A DNA stretch of 64,000 nucleotides from Clostridia bacterium. GTDB lineage: Bacteria > Bacillota > Clostridia > RGIG6154. The position numbers and the translations under genes were made by a program. Below, piece after piece: positions 29,682-39,034 of this stretch; the stretch's first letter is position 1, and every line of letters begins with the position of its first letter. The stretch spans positions 114,398-178,397 of the forward strand of contig JAZNOU010000005.1 in NCBI GenBank assembly GCA_045589295.1, in the 5' to 3' direction. Below the pieces are notes generated by a model. The model ran no database searches and was not told the origin of the DNA. It was given only the letters and a program-made list of their open reading frames with translations.

Positions 29682-29695
29682 TTACATCACCTCAA

Positions 29696-30724
29696 TTATA
29701 ATTTATCTGCAATGTCATAAATAAGTTTTTCTGTCTTTTCCCATCCCAAACAAGGGTCAGTGATTGACTTACCGTAAATATGCTCACCCATACTCTGTGC
29801 ACCATCTTCAAGATAGCTTTCAATCATCAGTCCTTTTACTAGGCGTTTAATGTCGCTGTTCTGATTTCTGCTATGAACAATATCTTTGGAGATACGGATT
29901 TGCTCAAGATACTTTTTCCCTGAATTGTTATGGTTTGTATCTACAATAACAGACGGATTTGTCAAATTAGACTGTTCATACAGTTCTTCCACCCTCAAAA
30001 GGTCTTCATAATGATAATTCGATATATTTCTTCCTGTATAATCAACATAACCTCTAAGGATTGCGTGGGCATAAGGATTTCCTTCACTTGTAACCTCCCA
30101 TCCGCGATATATAAAAGTATGGCTTGATTGTGCAGCAACAATTGAATTCATCATAACACTTAAATCTCCTCCTGTTGGATTTTTCATACCAACAGGTGTT
30201 CCAATACCACTTGCAGTAAGTCTGTGTTGCTGATTTTCAACAGACCTTGCACCTACTGCGACATACGACAGAAGATCTGAAAGAAATCGATAATTTTCAG
30301 GATAGAGCATTTCATCCGCACATGAAAAATCATATTCTCTGAGTGCTGCCAAGTGCAATTCGCGGATTGCAACAAGACCTTTATACATATCAGGTTTAGC
30401 ATCGGGATCAGGTTGATGAAGCATACCCTTGTACCCCTGCCCGGTCGTTCGCGGTTTGTTAGTATAAATTCTGGGTATAATAATTATTTTATCACAAACC
30501 CTATCCTCAACCTTACGAAGTCTTGAAATGTATTCAAGCACAGGTTCATTGTGGTCAGCAGAACAAGGACCAATGATGAGAATAAATTTATCAGATGTAC
30601 CATCAAATACTGCTCTGATTTCTTTATCACGTTTTTCTTTTATTTGCATCATCCGATCAGTAACAGGGTACTCTTGCTTCACTTCTTGAGGAATCGGAAG
30701 TTTTCTATGGAAATTCATTTTCAT
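29696..30724 (-). CDS. 3-deoxy-7-phosphoheptulonate (DAHP) synthase, class I-alpha
   Basis: IIGPCS, RIYTNKPRT, AVGARS, GMKNPT, VDTNHNNS, GLMIES, GKSITDPCLGW. Confidence 0.93.
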   Translation of the reverse strand: MKMNFHRKLPIPQEVKQEYPVTDRMMQIKEKRDKEIRAVFDGTSDKFILIIGPCSADHNEPVLEYISRLRKVEDRVCDKIIIIPRIYTNKPRTTGQGYKGMLHQPDPDAKPDMYKGLVAIRELHLAALREYDFSCADEMLYPENYRFLSDLLSYVAVGARSVENQQHRLTASGIGTPVGMKNPTGGDLSVMMNSIVAAQSSHTFIYRGWEVTSEGNPYAHAILRGYVDYTGRNISNYHYEDLLRVEELYEQSNLTNPSVIVDTNHNNSGKKYLEQIRISKDIVHSRNQNSDIKRLVKGLMIESYLEDGAQSMGEHIYGKSITDPCLGWEKTEKLIYDIADKL

Positions 30725-30809
30725 TTTTTGCCACCTCGACTTTTAAATTACATTATACCAAAACAATAATAATCATCTCTCAAATCTGCTTTGGCTCGCA
30801 TTTTTTAAT

Positions 30810-31090
30810 GAAAAAAACGTCCTCTGCAATCCTTACAGGATACAGAGGACGAAAATATCATTTCCGTGGTACCACCTCAGTTCATCGCTATCTCACGACA
30901 GCGACCTTATCAGGTACTAACATACCTTAGTTCTGTAACGGGAACTCCCGTTGCCTCCTACTTAAGATTAAACTTGTTCAGTGCACTGCTAACAGAAGGA
31001 ATTCGAGAAGGACGCCCCATTTGCCTCGCACCAACCGGCAACTCTCTCCATGTTCTTTCCAACCTACTGGTTTCTGCTCTCCGCATTTAA
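30810..31090 (-). promoter_or_regulatory. T-box riboswitch, probable Phe (UUC) specifier
   Basis: minus strand: AGTA and GAGAG..GGTTGGTGCGA stem I, GAA-TTC specifier (30999-31001), GGTGGTACCACG T-box (30865-30876), terminator CGTCCTCTG...CAGAGGACG+T run; promoter TTGACT-17-TACAAT at 31128-31100. Confidence 0.9.
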
Positions 31091-31161
31091 ATTGTATACA
31101 TTGTACCACAGCAGTGTGGTAAAGTCAATAGCTTAAAAAAATTTTTATAATGATAAAAACT

Positions 31162-31905
31162 TTACTTTCTCAATTTTCTGCAATATTGGGTACAAAGTTT
31201 ATCGGTGCATTCCGAACATCTAAGTGCAACGTTACTATTTTCCCAAAATCTTTCAGGGTATGTGATTACGCACACTTCCCATACAAGCCATATCAGAAAT
31301 GAAAAAACAACAAGAGACCAGGAATAAAAACTGTTGACTGTCACAATCGGCAAAAACATCATAAGGTGATCCCAATTAAATATTCTGCAAGTGGTACAAC
31401 ACTTGTTTTTCATTATAAGTCTAAACGGACACCATATAAGAACGCATATCAAATCACATACATAAAAGAATGTTGATAACAGTATCATTGCACCCGTGTC
31501 TATAATTCCGGTCAGGTATAATACACTGATTACTATGGTAAGAAAAATCCATATTAACATAACTTTGTACGCCGATGCAGTTGTGTCCTTAATATATTGT
31601 TTCAGGCTCTTGTAGTTGATTTTCTCTTTTATTGGTTTGAACAATGACTCAAATACTTTTTGCGAACCTATAGATATGTGCGCTTTAACAGGCATCAGTT
31701 GTACGACCATATCCAACATCCAAATTACCCATAAAAGGTGCAAAGGAGAAAATTCATAAAAGAAATTCCACCCAATCGCTATGTTAAATTCTTCTCTGTT
31801 AAATATGTATAGCATAATTGCAATAAGAAATACAACAACCCTGCCAATAAGTCGCAAAAAATATATCCCTCTTGTTTTTGATATATAGTTATTTTTTTGT
31901 TGCAT
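31162..31905 (-). CDS. conserved membrane protein with Cys clusters
   Basis: multiple TM helices, CPF..MKNKCCTTCRIFNWD, C-terminal CSECTDKLC. Confidence 0.75.
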   Translation of the reverse strand: MQQKNNYISKTRGIYFLRLIGRVVVFLIAIMLYIFNREEFNIAIGWNFFYEFSPLHLLWVIWMLDMVVQLMPVKAHISIGSQKVFESLFKPIKEKINYKSLKQYIKDTTASAYKVMLIWIFLTIVISVLYLTGIIDTGAMILLSTFFYVCDLICVLIWCPFRLIMKNKCCTTCRIFNWDHLMMFLPIVTVNSFYSWSLVVFSFLIWLVWEVCVITYPERFWENSNVALRCSECTDKLCTQYCRKLRK

Positions 31906-32079
31906 TTGATAATATCCTTTTAAATCACTATTAAATAATTTTTTATATTATACTATAAAATTCACTATAATTCAACAGTTTTTAATTTCGGAAAACAGGT
32001 TATAAAGTAACTTATACTATACTTTTTCATACTATATATCAAAACTTAAAAATATTTTTATTTTATCAAATTCCAAGAG

Positions 32080-32262
32080 GTGAACATAGTGAATTATTGT
32101 CAATTAACCGCATCTATAACCGCAATTGCCAATACACTTTCAACCAAATTATCGATTGAGGAAACAACTTTACTTGCGGCTGTTCTCGTACAATTAGGTG
32201 ATACATTGGCAACAATTGCAACACAAAGAGCAATACCCGATGCCAAAAATGACAAAAATTAA
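32080..32262 (+). CDS. DUF6774-like small protein
   Basis: LTASITAIA...LAAVLVQLGDTLATIA. Confidence 0.65.
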   Translation: MNIVNYCQLTASITAIANTLSTKLSIEETTLLAAVLVQLGDTLATIATQRAIPDAKNDKN

Positions 32263-32933
32263 TTTTGGGGAAATAAAGTTAAGTTGTTGTTTTTATCACA
32301 TATTCCTAAATATATTTCTTTAGCATCGTGATATTTTTGTTTTTTCAATTGTTTATCAAGCCATGCCAGATCAAGTCCAAGCCTTTTTAAATTTTCGTGT
32401 AAAATCCGTCCATCCATAATAATTTCTGTGCATATTCCCGTTTCTTGCACATTCAAGTTAACATCTTGTGGGGTAAGAGGTCTTTTTTCACTCTTAGGCA
32501 AAATTGTTATTCTTCCGTTGTATTCAAAAACTGCTGTTTTTATATCGTTTAGATTGAAATATCCTTCCTGACGGCACAAAACCATAAACTCAGAAAGCTC
32601 AAGTTTTGCTTTTTTCATATTTTTTCGATATATTTTCCCGTCATTCATAATAATGGTTGGTGTTCCGTTAATATATTTACGAGTTTTGGGAAATTTGTGT
32701 GCAAGTATTGTAAGTCCAAGTGCAACAGCACCATAAATCACCATTGCAATAAGTGGTTTTTCCGGTTCTTCCAATTCCGTTGCAAGTTCAGCTGCTATTG
32801 AACCAATGGTGATGCCTGTAATATAATCAAAAAAATCAAGTTGTGCCATTTGCTTATGTCCCATTATTTTTGCAATTACAAACAACGATATTACTGACAG
32901 TAAAGAGGTTAAAATGACTTTGATAAATTCCAA
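32259..32933 (-). CDS. DUF421 (YetF-like) membrane protein
   Basis: MGHKQMAQLDFFDYITGITIGSIAA, GTPTIIMNDG, AVFEYNG. Confidence 0.9.
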   Translation of the reverse strand: MEFIKVILTSLLSVISLFVIAKIMGHKQMAQLDFFDYITGITIGSIAAELATELEEPEKPLIAMVIYGAVALGLTILAHKFPKTRKYINGTPTIIMNDGKIYRKNMKKAKLELSEFMVLCRQEGYFNLNDIKTAVFEYNGRITILPKSEKRPLTPQDVNLNVQETGICTEIIMDGRILHENLKRLGLDLAWLDKQLKKQKYHDAKEIYLGICDKNNNLTLFPQN

Positions 32934-33068
32934 TTATAAATCCCTTCCTTTTTTCTTATTATGCATTATCAGCAAAACATTTATTATAATTTTTAAAAAC
33001 TCCTCACGAAAGATTAAACAATCTTTCGTGAGGAGTTCATATATCATAAAAATAAAATTTAACAGCTT

Positions 33069-34016
33069 TTAATTGCATTCAGCAACAAGTGGACCTTCCA
33101 AATCGTTAAGATAAAAAAGTTTACCCGGAAGTGTTGGAATATAGCTTGATGTTATCCATCTGCTTGGTCCATATCTCAAAGTCATCCAAAAGCTCATTCC
33201 CTGCCACTGCATTCCTCTGTTAAAAGCACCATCGCATCCGCCTATAGCATAGTCAGCCTTCAAGAACAAGCCAGGACCTATTGTGTTGGCTCTGCATGGA
33301 ACTAAAGTTGTGCGTGATTTAAAACTTGTTATAGCATTTTGTTCAATTGTTAACGGATGAAGTTTAGCCCCTATACGATATGGCTGTTTTGCCCATTCCT
33401 CATCAGTGGCAAACTCTTCACCAAAATGAGGCTCCCAAAAAGCAATATGACACATTCTGCCAATACCATAAACGAGTACAAGCTTTGCACCTTCTTCTTT
33501 TAATTTAGCAATTTTCTCTGGGTATGTAGGCAGATTTTCCTTTGTTGCAAAGTTTCTCTGGTTTTCAGGAACAGTAAGCTCTCCTAATGGAATAAAAAGT
33601 GCGTTGCACATTGCATTTTGAAATGCTGCAGGATCATTTGATGGCAAGGTATTGCCATCCTTATCAGACCATTCATCCATATTAAAGGTATATACGTGAT
33701 CACATTTTATGTTCCACTCTTTTAAAAAGTATACAGCCCACTTATACATTCCCATCGGACCTACCGGAAGTATAAATGCAATTTTTTTATTCTCTTCTTT
33801 TGCTTTTTTTATTTCAAGCGCGATTTCGTGTCCCATATATGTGTCAAATTCGCCCAAGCTATCACATTTGATTGGGTTAAAGTTTTTGTTCCAGAAGTTT
33901 TGTCTTTCAGAAACCTTGTTGTTTGGATTACAACATTCATCAATTTTTTTCATATCCCAGCCCTGAGGATAAAATCCTTCAAGCATAGAACCCTTTACAG
34001 TACTTTGAAAATCCAT
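33069..34016 (-). CDS. NagB-like glucosamine-6-phosphate isomerase/deaminase family protein
   Basis: [27 protein letters not shown]. Confidence 0.8.
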   Translation of the reverse strand: MDFQSTVKGSMLEGFYPQGWDMKKIDECCNPNNKVSERQNFWNKNFNPIKCDSLGEFDTYMGHEIALEIKKAKEENKKIAFILPVGPMGMYKWAVYFLKEWNIKCDHVYTFNMDEWSDKDGNTLPSNDPAAFQNAMCNALFIPLGELTVPENQRNFATKENLPTYPEKIAKLKEEGAKLVLVYGIGRMCHIAFWEPHFGEEFATDEEWAKQPYRIGAKLHPLTIEQNAITSFKSRTTLVPCRANTIGPGLFLKADYAIGGCDGAFNRGMQWQGMSFWMTLRYGPSRWITSSYIPTLPGKLFYLNDLEGPLVAECN

Positions 34017-34030
34017 TTTTATTCTCCTCT

Positions 34031-34975
34031 TTATGAATTAAGTTTTTTGCGGACCTCGTTAACAACAATTTCCACCAACTTGTCAACATCATTTGTAAGT
34101 CCTTCAATTGCTGAATATGGCGCTTTGCCCTCACTTGAAAACAATTTCATTTTTGCAGCAGTTTCCTGTTTTACAGCTTCTACTGCTGCAGGTATCAAGT
34201 CAATGATACCTTTGTTCATATCAGTAAACTTCGAAAACTCCGCCTTCACTGCTGCAATATTAATGTCTGTAAAAATATTAACCTTGCTGATACCTTCTTT
34301 AATCGCAGTTTTAAAATCATCATCTGTAAGCCCTGAACCGCCATGTAGTACCAACGGAACACCAACACTATTTGCAATTGTTCGTATTCTGTCAAAGTCA
34401 AGCTTTGGTGGCAATTTATAAGCACCATGTGCATTCCCAACCGCTATCGCTAATGCGTCTACCTTGGTTTTTTCAACATAGTCCTTTGCCATCTTAGGAT
34501 CAGTGAAAAACTTACTTGGGTCAGCAAGATGAGAACTGCCCTCAGCAGAACCCTCGTTATCACCAACGTGACCAAGCTCACCTTCAATAGTTGCACCAAA
34601 TGAGTGTGCAATTTCTGCCATTTCTTTAACCTTTTTTACATTTGTATCATAATCATCTGTTGAACAATCGTACATAATTGAAGTAAAGCCTAATTCTAAT
34701 GCTTTTAGACAAGTTTCTTTCTTCAAACCGTGATCTAAATGGATAACCACAGGTACTTTTGCCTTTTTAGCCATAGGTATCAGATAATATGATACTTCCT
34801 CCAGCGGACCATACGGAAACAAAACCTCAGCAGTACCAATAATTACAGGTGACTGCGTTGCTTCTGCTGCACTTATAATTCCGCGTGCAAGTTCCATATT
34901 CACAGCGTTAAAAAGACCCACTGCATACTTATTCTTTTTTGCTGGTAAAAGCACATCGTTTAATGTTACTAACAA
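34031..34975 (-). CDS. class II fructose/tagatose-bisphosphate aldolase
   Basis: [44 protein letters not shown]. Confidence 0.92.
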   Translation of the reverse strand: MLVTLNDVLLPAKKNKYAVGLFNAVNMELARGIISAAEATQSPVIIGTAEVLFPYGPLEEVSYYLIPMAKKAKVPVVIHLDHGLKKETCLKALELGFTSIMYDCSTDDYDTNVKKVKEMAEIAHSFGATIEGELGHVGDNEGSAEGSSHLADPSKFFTDPKMAKDYVEKTKVDALAIAVGNAHGAYKLPPKLDFDRIRTIANSVGVPLVLHGGSGLTDDDFKTAIKEGISKVNIFTDINIAAVKAEFSKFTDMNKGIIDLIPAAVEAVKQETAAKMKLFSSEGKAPYSAIEGLTNDVDKLVEIVVNEVRKKLNS

Positions 34976-35925
34976 CTTGTATCCACCCCTTTATTCATAA
35001 AACTTATAATTTCCTGATATGATTTAATGCCCTCGGTAGCACCTTTTGCCATACAACAGTGTGCACCTGTGGCATTTCCGACTTTAGCACAGTCTATGAT
35101 GTTCTCACCACGAGCATAAGCTGCCAAAAATCCTGAGCAAAAGCTGTCGCCTGCACCTGTTGTATCAGCTATATTTTCCACCTTATACACAGAAATTACA
35201 ATACCATCACTTTTTACATCAGGTCTGCAATAACAACCTTTTGAGCCGCATTTTATAACAACAGTTTTAACACCTTTTTCAAATAGTACGTCTGAAATAT
35301 CCTTTAGATCTTCCTTGTTGGTAAGCATCTTTGCTTCGTCGATACTTGGCATAAATATATCTATGTACGGCATCGCACAATCTAAAATTTTGCTCCATTG
35401 ACCGGAAGAATCCCAACATACATCCAAAACGGTTGTTTTGCCCATAGACTTGCATTTTTTCAAAAACTCCATTGTCTGTATACCATCGAAGGTATCCATA
35501 AGAAATGTTCCTGTAACAAAAATAATGTCATTGTTTCTTATTATATCAAAATCAATATCATCTATTGAAAATGCACCATTTGCTCCTCGGCAATGAAAAA
35601 ATGACCTTTCGCCAGTGTTTTTTTCTATCATCAAGACAGACGTTGAAGTCTGTACTTTATCGTAGGTTTTTATTCCATCAGTCTTAACATTAGCTTTTAT
35701 CAGGCAATTTTTTAAATAATCACCAAACATATCATTTCCAACGCCACCTATTAGGCTTGACTCCACCCCAAGTTTTCTTAAATTGATTGATGCAGTCATC
35801 GCGTTGCCACCGCTGTGCATTGTTATTGAATTTACTGGCACAAGCAAACCGTGCTCGGGATACGTTTCTACCGGCTCAACAATAACATCTGCCACCATTA
35901 TTCCTACGCAAGCAACTTTTTTCAT
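34969..35925 (-). CDS. PfkB-family carbohydrate kinase
   Basis: SGGNA, GVGNDMFG, DTTGAGDSF. Confidence 0.92.
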   Translation of the reverse strand: MKKVACVGIMVADVIVEPVETYPEHGLLVPVNSITMHSGGNAMTASINLRKLGVESSLIGGVGNDMFGDYLKNCLIKANVKTDGIKTYDKVQTSTSVLMIEKNTGERSFFHCRGANGAFSIDDIDFDIIRNNDIIFVTGTFLMDTFDGIQTMEFLKKCKSMGKTTVLDVCWDSSGQWSKILDCAMPYIDIFMPSIDEAKMLTNKEDLKDISDVLFEKGVKTVVIKCGSKGCYCRPDVKSDGIVISVYKVENIADTTGAGDSFCSGFLAAYARGENIIDCAKVGNATGAHCCMAKGATEGIKSYQEIISFMNKGVDTSC

Positions 35926-35937
35926 AACAAAACTCCT

Positions 35938-36642
35938 TTAAGGCAACAGTCTTTTTGCCTGCACTTTTCCCCATGCATAGCACTGTGAAAATGCTTCTGC
36001 ATACTCACAATCACACTGATAACCCCTGAACTTTGCACAAGTTACAACACAATCTGTAAGGTCAATGTTATCATGTTCTTTAAGCCATGTATACTGACTT
36101 TCGTGACATTTTAACATTTCGATTTTTGTGTCAATTTCATCTGTTATGTCTACGAATTCTGTGGGAATAAATTCAAAACCTCTCGCGTTTTCCATATAAT
36201 AAATGGGAACGAGTTTTGCAGGATTCATTTCTTTCGATTCATAGTGAGGTACTGTTGCTAAAAAACTAGCATCAAAAACAAGTTTGCTTACAGCAACATG
36301 ATCAGGCATATAATCAGTAGGCGCGTGTGTTATAATAAAATCGGGATTTGCCTTTCTTATAACATCTACAACCTTGTCACGTTGTTCCTTGCTGCTTTCA
36401 TATGCCAGACAATCTCCTATGTCACATGTAACGACCTCAATACCCGCAACTTTTCCGGCATTTTGTGCCTCTTGAAGACGTATCTTTCTCAATTCTTCGG
36501 GACTAATTTCAATATGTCCAAGATTGCCATTGCAAACATGACACAAAGTAACTTTGTCACCACGCTTTACACATTTTGCCAAAGTTCCTGCGCAACAACA
36601 TTCGGCATCATCGGGATGACAAATAATTGCCAATACATTCAT
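35938..36642 (-). CDS. PIG-L/LmbE family deacetylase
   Basis: HPDD, HAPTDYMPDH, FVDIT...CHESQ, YAEAF. Confidence 0.9.
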   Translation of the reverse strand: MNVLAIICHPDDAECCCAGTLAKCVKRGDKVTLCHVCNGNLGHIEISPEELRKIRLQEAQNAGKVAGIEVVTCDIGDCLAYESSKEQRDKVVDVIRKANPDFIITHAPTDYMPDHVAVSKLVFDASFLATVPHYESKEMNPAKLVPIYYMENARGFEFIPTEFVDITDEIDTKIEMLKCHESQYTWLKEHDNIDLTDCVVTCAKFRGYQCDCEYAEAFSQCYAWGKVQAKRLLP

Positions 36643-36756
36643 AATTACTCCTCCTTAGTCATCATTGACTTTATGCTATTTATATTGTATAATATTTTTA
36701 AAAAAAAGTCTTTGACAAATCAAACGATTTTTTTATCATTTCTTCCGGAGGTACAT

Positions 36757-37632
36757 ATGTTTAGTACACAATACATATCAGAAAACTTTAAAATCAAAGG
36801 TTTTAATAGCATTTATTATTTTGAATTTGATAATAATTTCAAAAGCAAACCGGAAAAACACAATTTTTGGGAAATGGTTTATGTTGATAGCGGCAGCATT
36901 TTTGCTGTTGCTGATGGAAGCAGATTTGTTCTTAACCAGGGTCAAGCCATCTTCCATCAGCCTAATGAAAAACATTCACATATTTCTAACCCTAAGTCCC
37001 ACAATAATATGTTGATAATTTCGTTTACCTGTAACAGTCCGGCCATGGATTTCTTTTGCAAGAAAATATTCACATTTGACAAGACCTCCAAAACTATTTT
37101 AAGCCTTTTTATAAACGAAACAAAAAACGCCATGGGATACATACCAAACAAATATACTGACAGAAAAAATCTTGATTTCTCAAATGAGAAGTTTGGCTCT
37201 ACACAGCTTTTAATGTGTTATCTTGTAGAATTGCTTATAAACATTTCAAGAACCAACAATGAATTGGATGACAACGTTTCCTTTAAGCAAGTATCACGTT
37301 CAATGACACATGACTCAATCGCGAAATTAATTGATGACTATTTGAGTGATAATATATACTCGAATATCACTCTTTCAGATATTTGCTCGGTTTTTATGAT
37401 GGGCAAATCGCAACTTAGTTATATTTATAAGACAAATTATGGCATCAGTGTTATGGACTCATATAATAAAATGATTATTACCGAATCAAAAAAACTTCTA
37501 CGCGAAGACAAATACTCCATCAGCCAAATTTCTGACAAATTAAATTTTTCATCTATACACTGCTTTTCACGAGCATTTAAAAAATCAGTTGGTGTTTCAC
37601 CAACTGATTATAAAAAAAGAATTAACTTATAG
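36757..37632 (+). CDS. AraC-family regulator with cupin sensor domain
   Basis: EKHNFWEMVYVDSG, C-terminal ISQISDKLNFSSIHCFSRAFKK..GVSPTDY; RBS GGAGG. Confidence 0.92.
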   Translation: MFSTQYISENFKIKGFNSIYYFEFDNNFKSKPEKHNFWEMVYVDSGSIFAVADGSRFVLNQGQAIFHQPNEKHSHISNPKSHNNMLIISFTCNSPAMDFFCKKIFTFDKTSKTILSLFINETKNAMGYIPNKYTDRKNLDFSNEKFGSTQLLMCYLVELLINISRTNNELDDNVSFKQVSRSMTHDSIAKLIDDYLSDNIYSNITLSDICSVFMMGKSQLSYIYKTNYGISVMDSYNKMIITESKKLLREDKYSISQISDKLNFSSIHCFSRAFKKSVGVSPTDYKKRINL

Positions 37633-37665
37633 AAAAAATAAAAAGCACTTCTTGTAAAAGAAGTG

Positions 37666-37730
37666 CTTTTTGGTGCTCGAAACCGGAATCGAACCGGTAC
37701 GGGGATCACTCCCCACGGGATTTTAAGTCC
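37666..37730 (-). repeat. att direct repeat: duplicated 3' part of tRNA-Leu(TAA)
   Basis: 65 bp identical to 60604-60668; extends from CCA end through the anticodon loop. Confidence 0.95.
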
Positions 37731-37866
37731 AATAACTCGGTGATTGTGCTATATTAATTGTGATTACAGATTACCATTTAACGTTATATAATTTGGCTTA
37801 AAATCTACATTTGTAACTGATTTTATGCAAAAGTGAAGTTTTATTATAATAAAAATATTTTCGAAT

Positions 37867-37887
37867 TTGGTGGAAATTTGGTGGAAA
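37867..37887 (+). repeat. integrase arm-type binding sites (left)
   Basis: TTGGTGGAAA-T-TTGGTGGAAA; same tandem motif at 60497-60517. Confidence 0.8.
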
Positions 37888-38112
37888 TTTTAATTGGTGC
37901 TTATATAACATATAATGAATAGAATGAATTTGAGACTTAAAACATTCTTTAAATGTTAAGATAAGTCTATTATTGCTTGCTTTAATACAACTAATAGTAG
38001 ATTTATTTTAGTATTTAAAGATATTTTTATATTACGATACTAAAACCGCTGCCATACCAACTTAAAATGAGAGTTTTATTGACAATTTGAAAGGAGGAAA
38101 AGAAAAAACATA

Positions 38113-38457
38113 ATGAATGAGAGAATTATTAAGCCGGGTGTAATTCACAGAATATTTGAATTAACCAAAAGCAGAAAACAAAATCATAGTTTAGAAACAA
38201 TTAATGAGATAATAACAGCTTTTCTGGATGTGATTGAAAATTCTATATCAATAGGAAGTGCTGTTGTTCTTAATGGATATATGGTAATTGAACCTCGCCA
38301 TAGACCGCAGAAGAAAGTTTACTGTGCCGGTAAAGGAAAGGAAATAACTATCCCTGAACAGTATAGGGCGTATATAAAACCCGGCTCAAAACTTGCAACC
38401 GCAGCTAAACGATACACGGAAAAGAAAATAGGAGAAATGCATGGACACTATAAATAA
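38113..38457 (+). CDS. HU/IHF-like DNA-binding protein
   Basis: IITAFLDVI...VVLNGYMVIEPRHRPQKK...GKEITIPEQYRAYIKPGSKL. Confidence 0.85.
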   Translation: MNERIIKPGVIHRIFELTKSRKQNHSLETINEIITAFLDVIENSISIGSAVVLNGYMVIEPRHRPQKKVYCAGKGKEITIPEQYRAYIKPGSKLATAAKRYTEKKIGEMHGHYK

Positions 38458-38863
38458 GAATGAATTGATTGATAGAATATCAGCAAAGCTCAACAAAGAG
38501 CGTATTGTAGTTGGTGGTAATAAATACGCCTACAAGAAAAAATACCACTTGAAATACTCTGAAGCTATTATAAGAAAAGTAGTAGATGCCTTTTGGAGTG
38601 TTGTAGCCGACACTATAGCTGACGGAGATAAAATATCAATTCAAAATTACATAACGATATACCCAAAGTACACAACTAATGGTAACATCAATTCCTTTTG
38701 CGTAAAAACTAAGGCAAAGGAAAAGCTAAAAGAAGCTTGTAGGATATTGAACACCGGTAAAAAAATACCTGATGATCTTCAGCCAATACCACCGTCTGAT
38801 ATTTTTCATGAAACATTTGCTTTTTGGGATGAGAAAGATGAGGCACAGATAGTAGAATATTAA
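38441..38863 (+). CDS. divergent HU-like protein with shortened beta arms
   Basis: INKNELIDRIS...VVDAFWSVVADTIADGDKISIQNY...KLKEAC. Confidence 0.7.
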   Translation: MDTINKNELIDRISAKLNKERIVVGGNKYAYKKKYHLKYSEAIIRKVVDAFWSVVADTIADGDKISIQNYITIYPKYTTNGNINSFCVKTKAKEKLKEACRILNTGKKIPDDLQPIPPSDIFHETFAFWDEKDEAQIVEY

Positions 38864-39034
38864 AAAACATAACAAATCATTAAATGGTGAGACTACAGCC
38901 TTAAAGTGTAGGGACTCCCATCTGCCCGGAGTAAAAAGAAAGTTTGCAGAACCATATTCAGTCATAGATGACTTCACCGCTTCGGTGAGGTCTATTTTTA
39001 TGCCTTGATTGTGGGTTGTTATAAAGGAGGACGA

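Noticed and set aside
33828-34421. 197-aa plus-strand ORF and similar antisense ORFs across arg, copA and TMP
   Set aside because: Shadow frames of well-supported genes on the other strand.
36298-36756. N-terminal extension of AraC given in the ORF track
   Set aside because: Overlaps the opposite-strand deacetylase; the real start is 36757 with GGAGG RBS.
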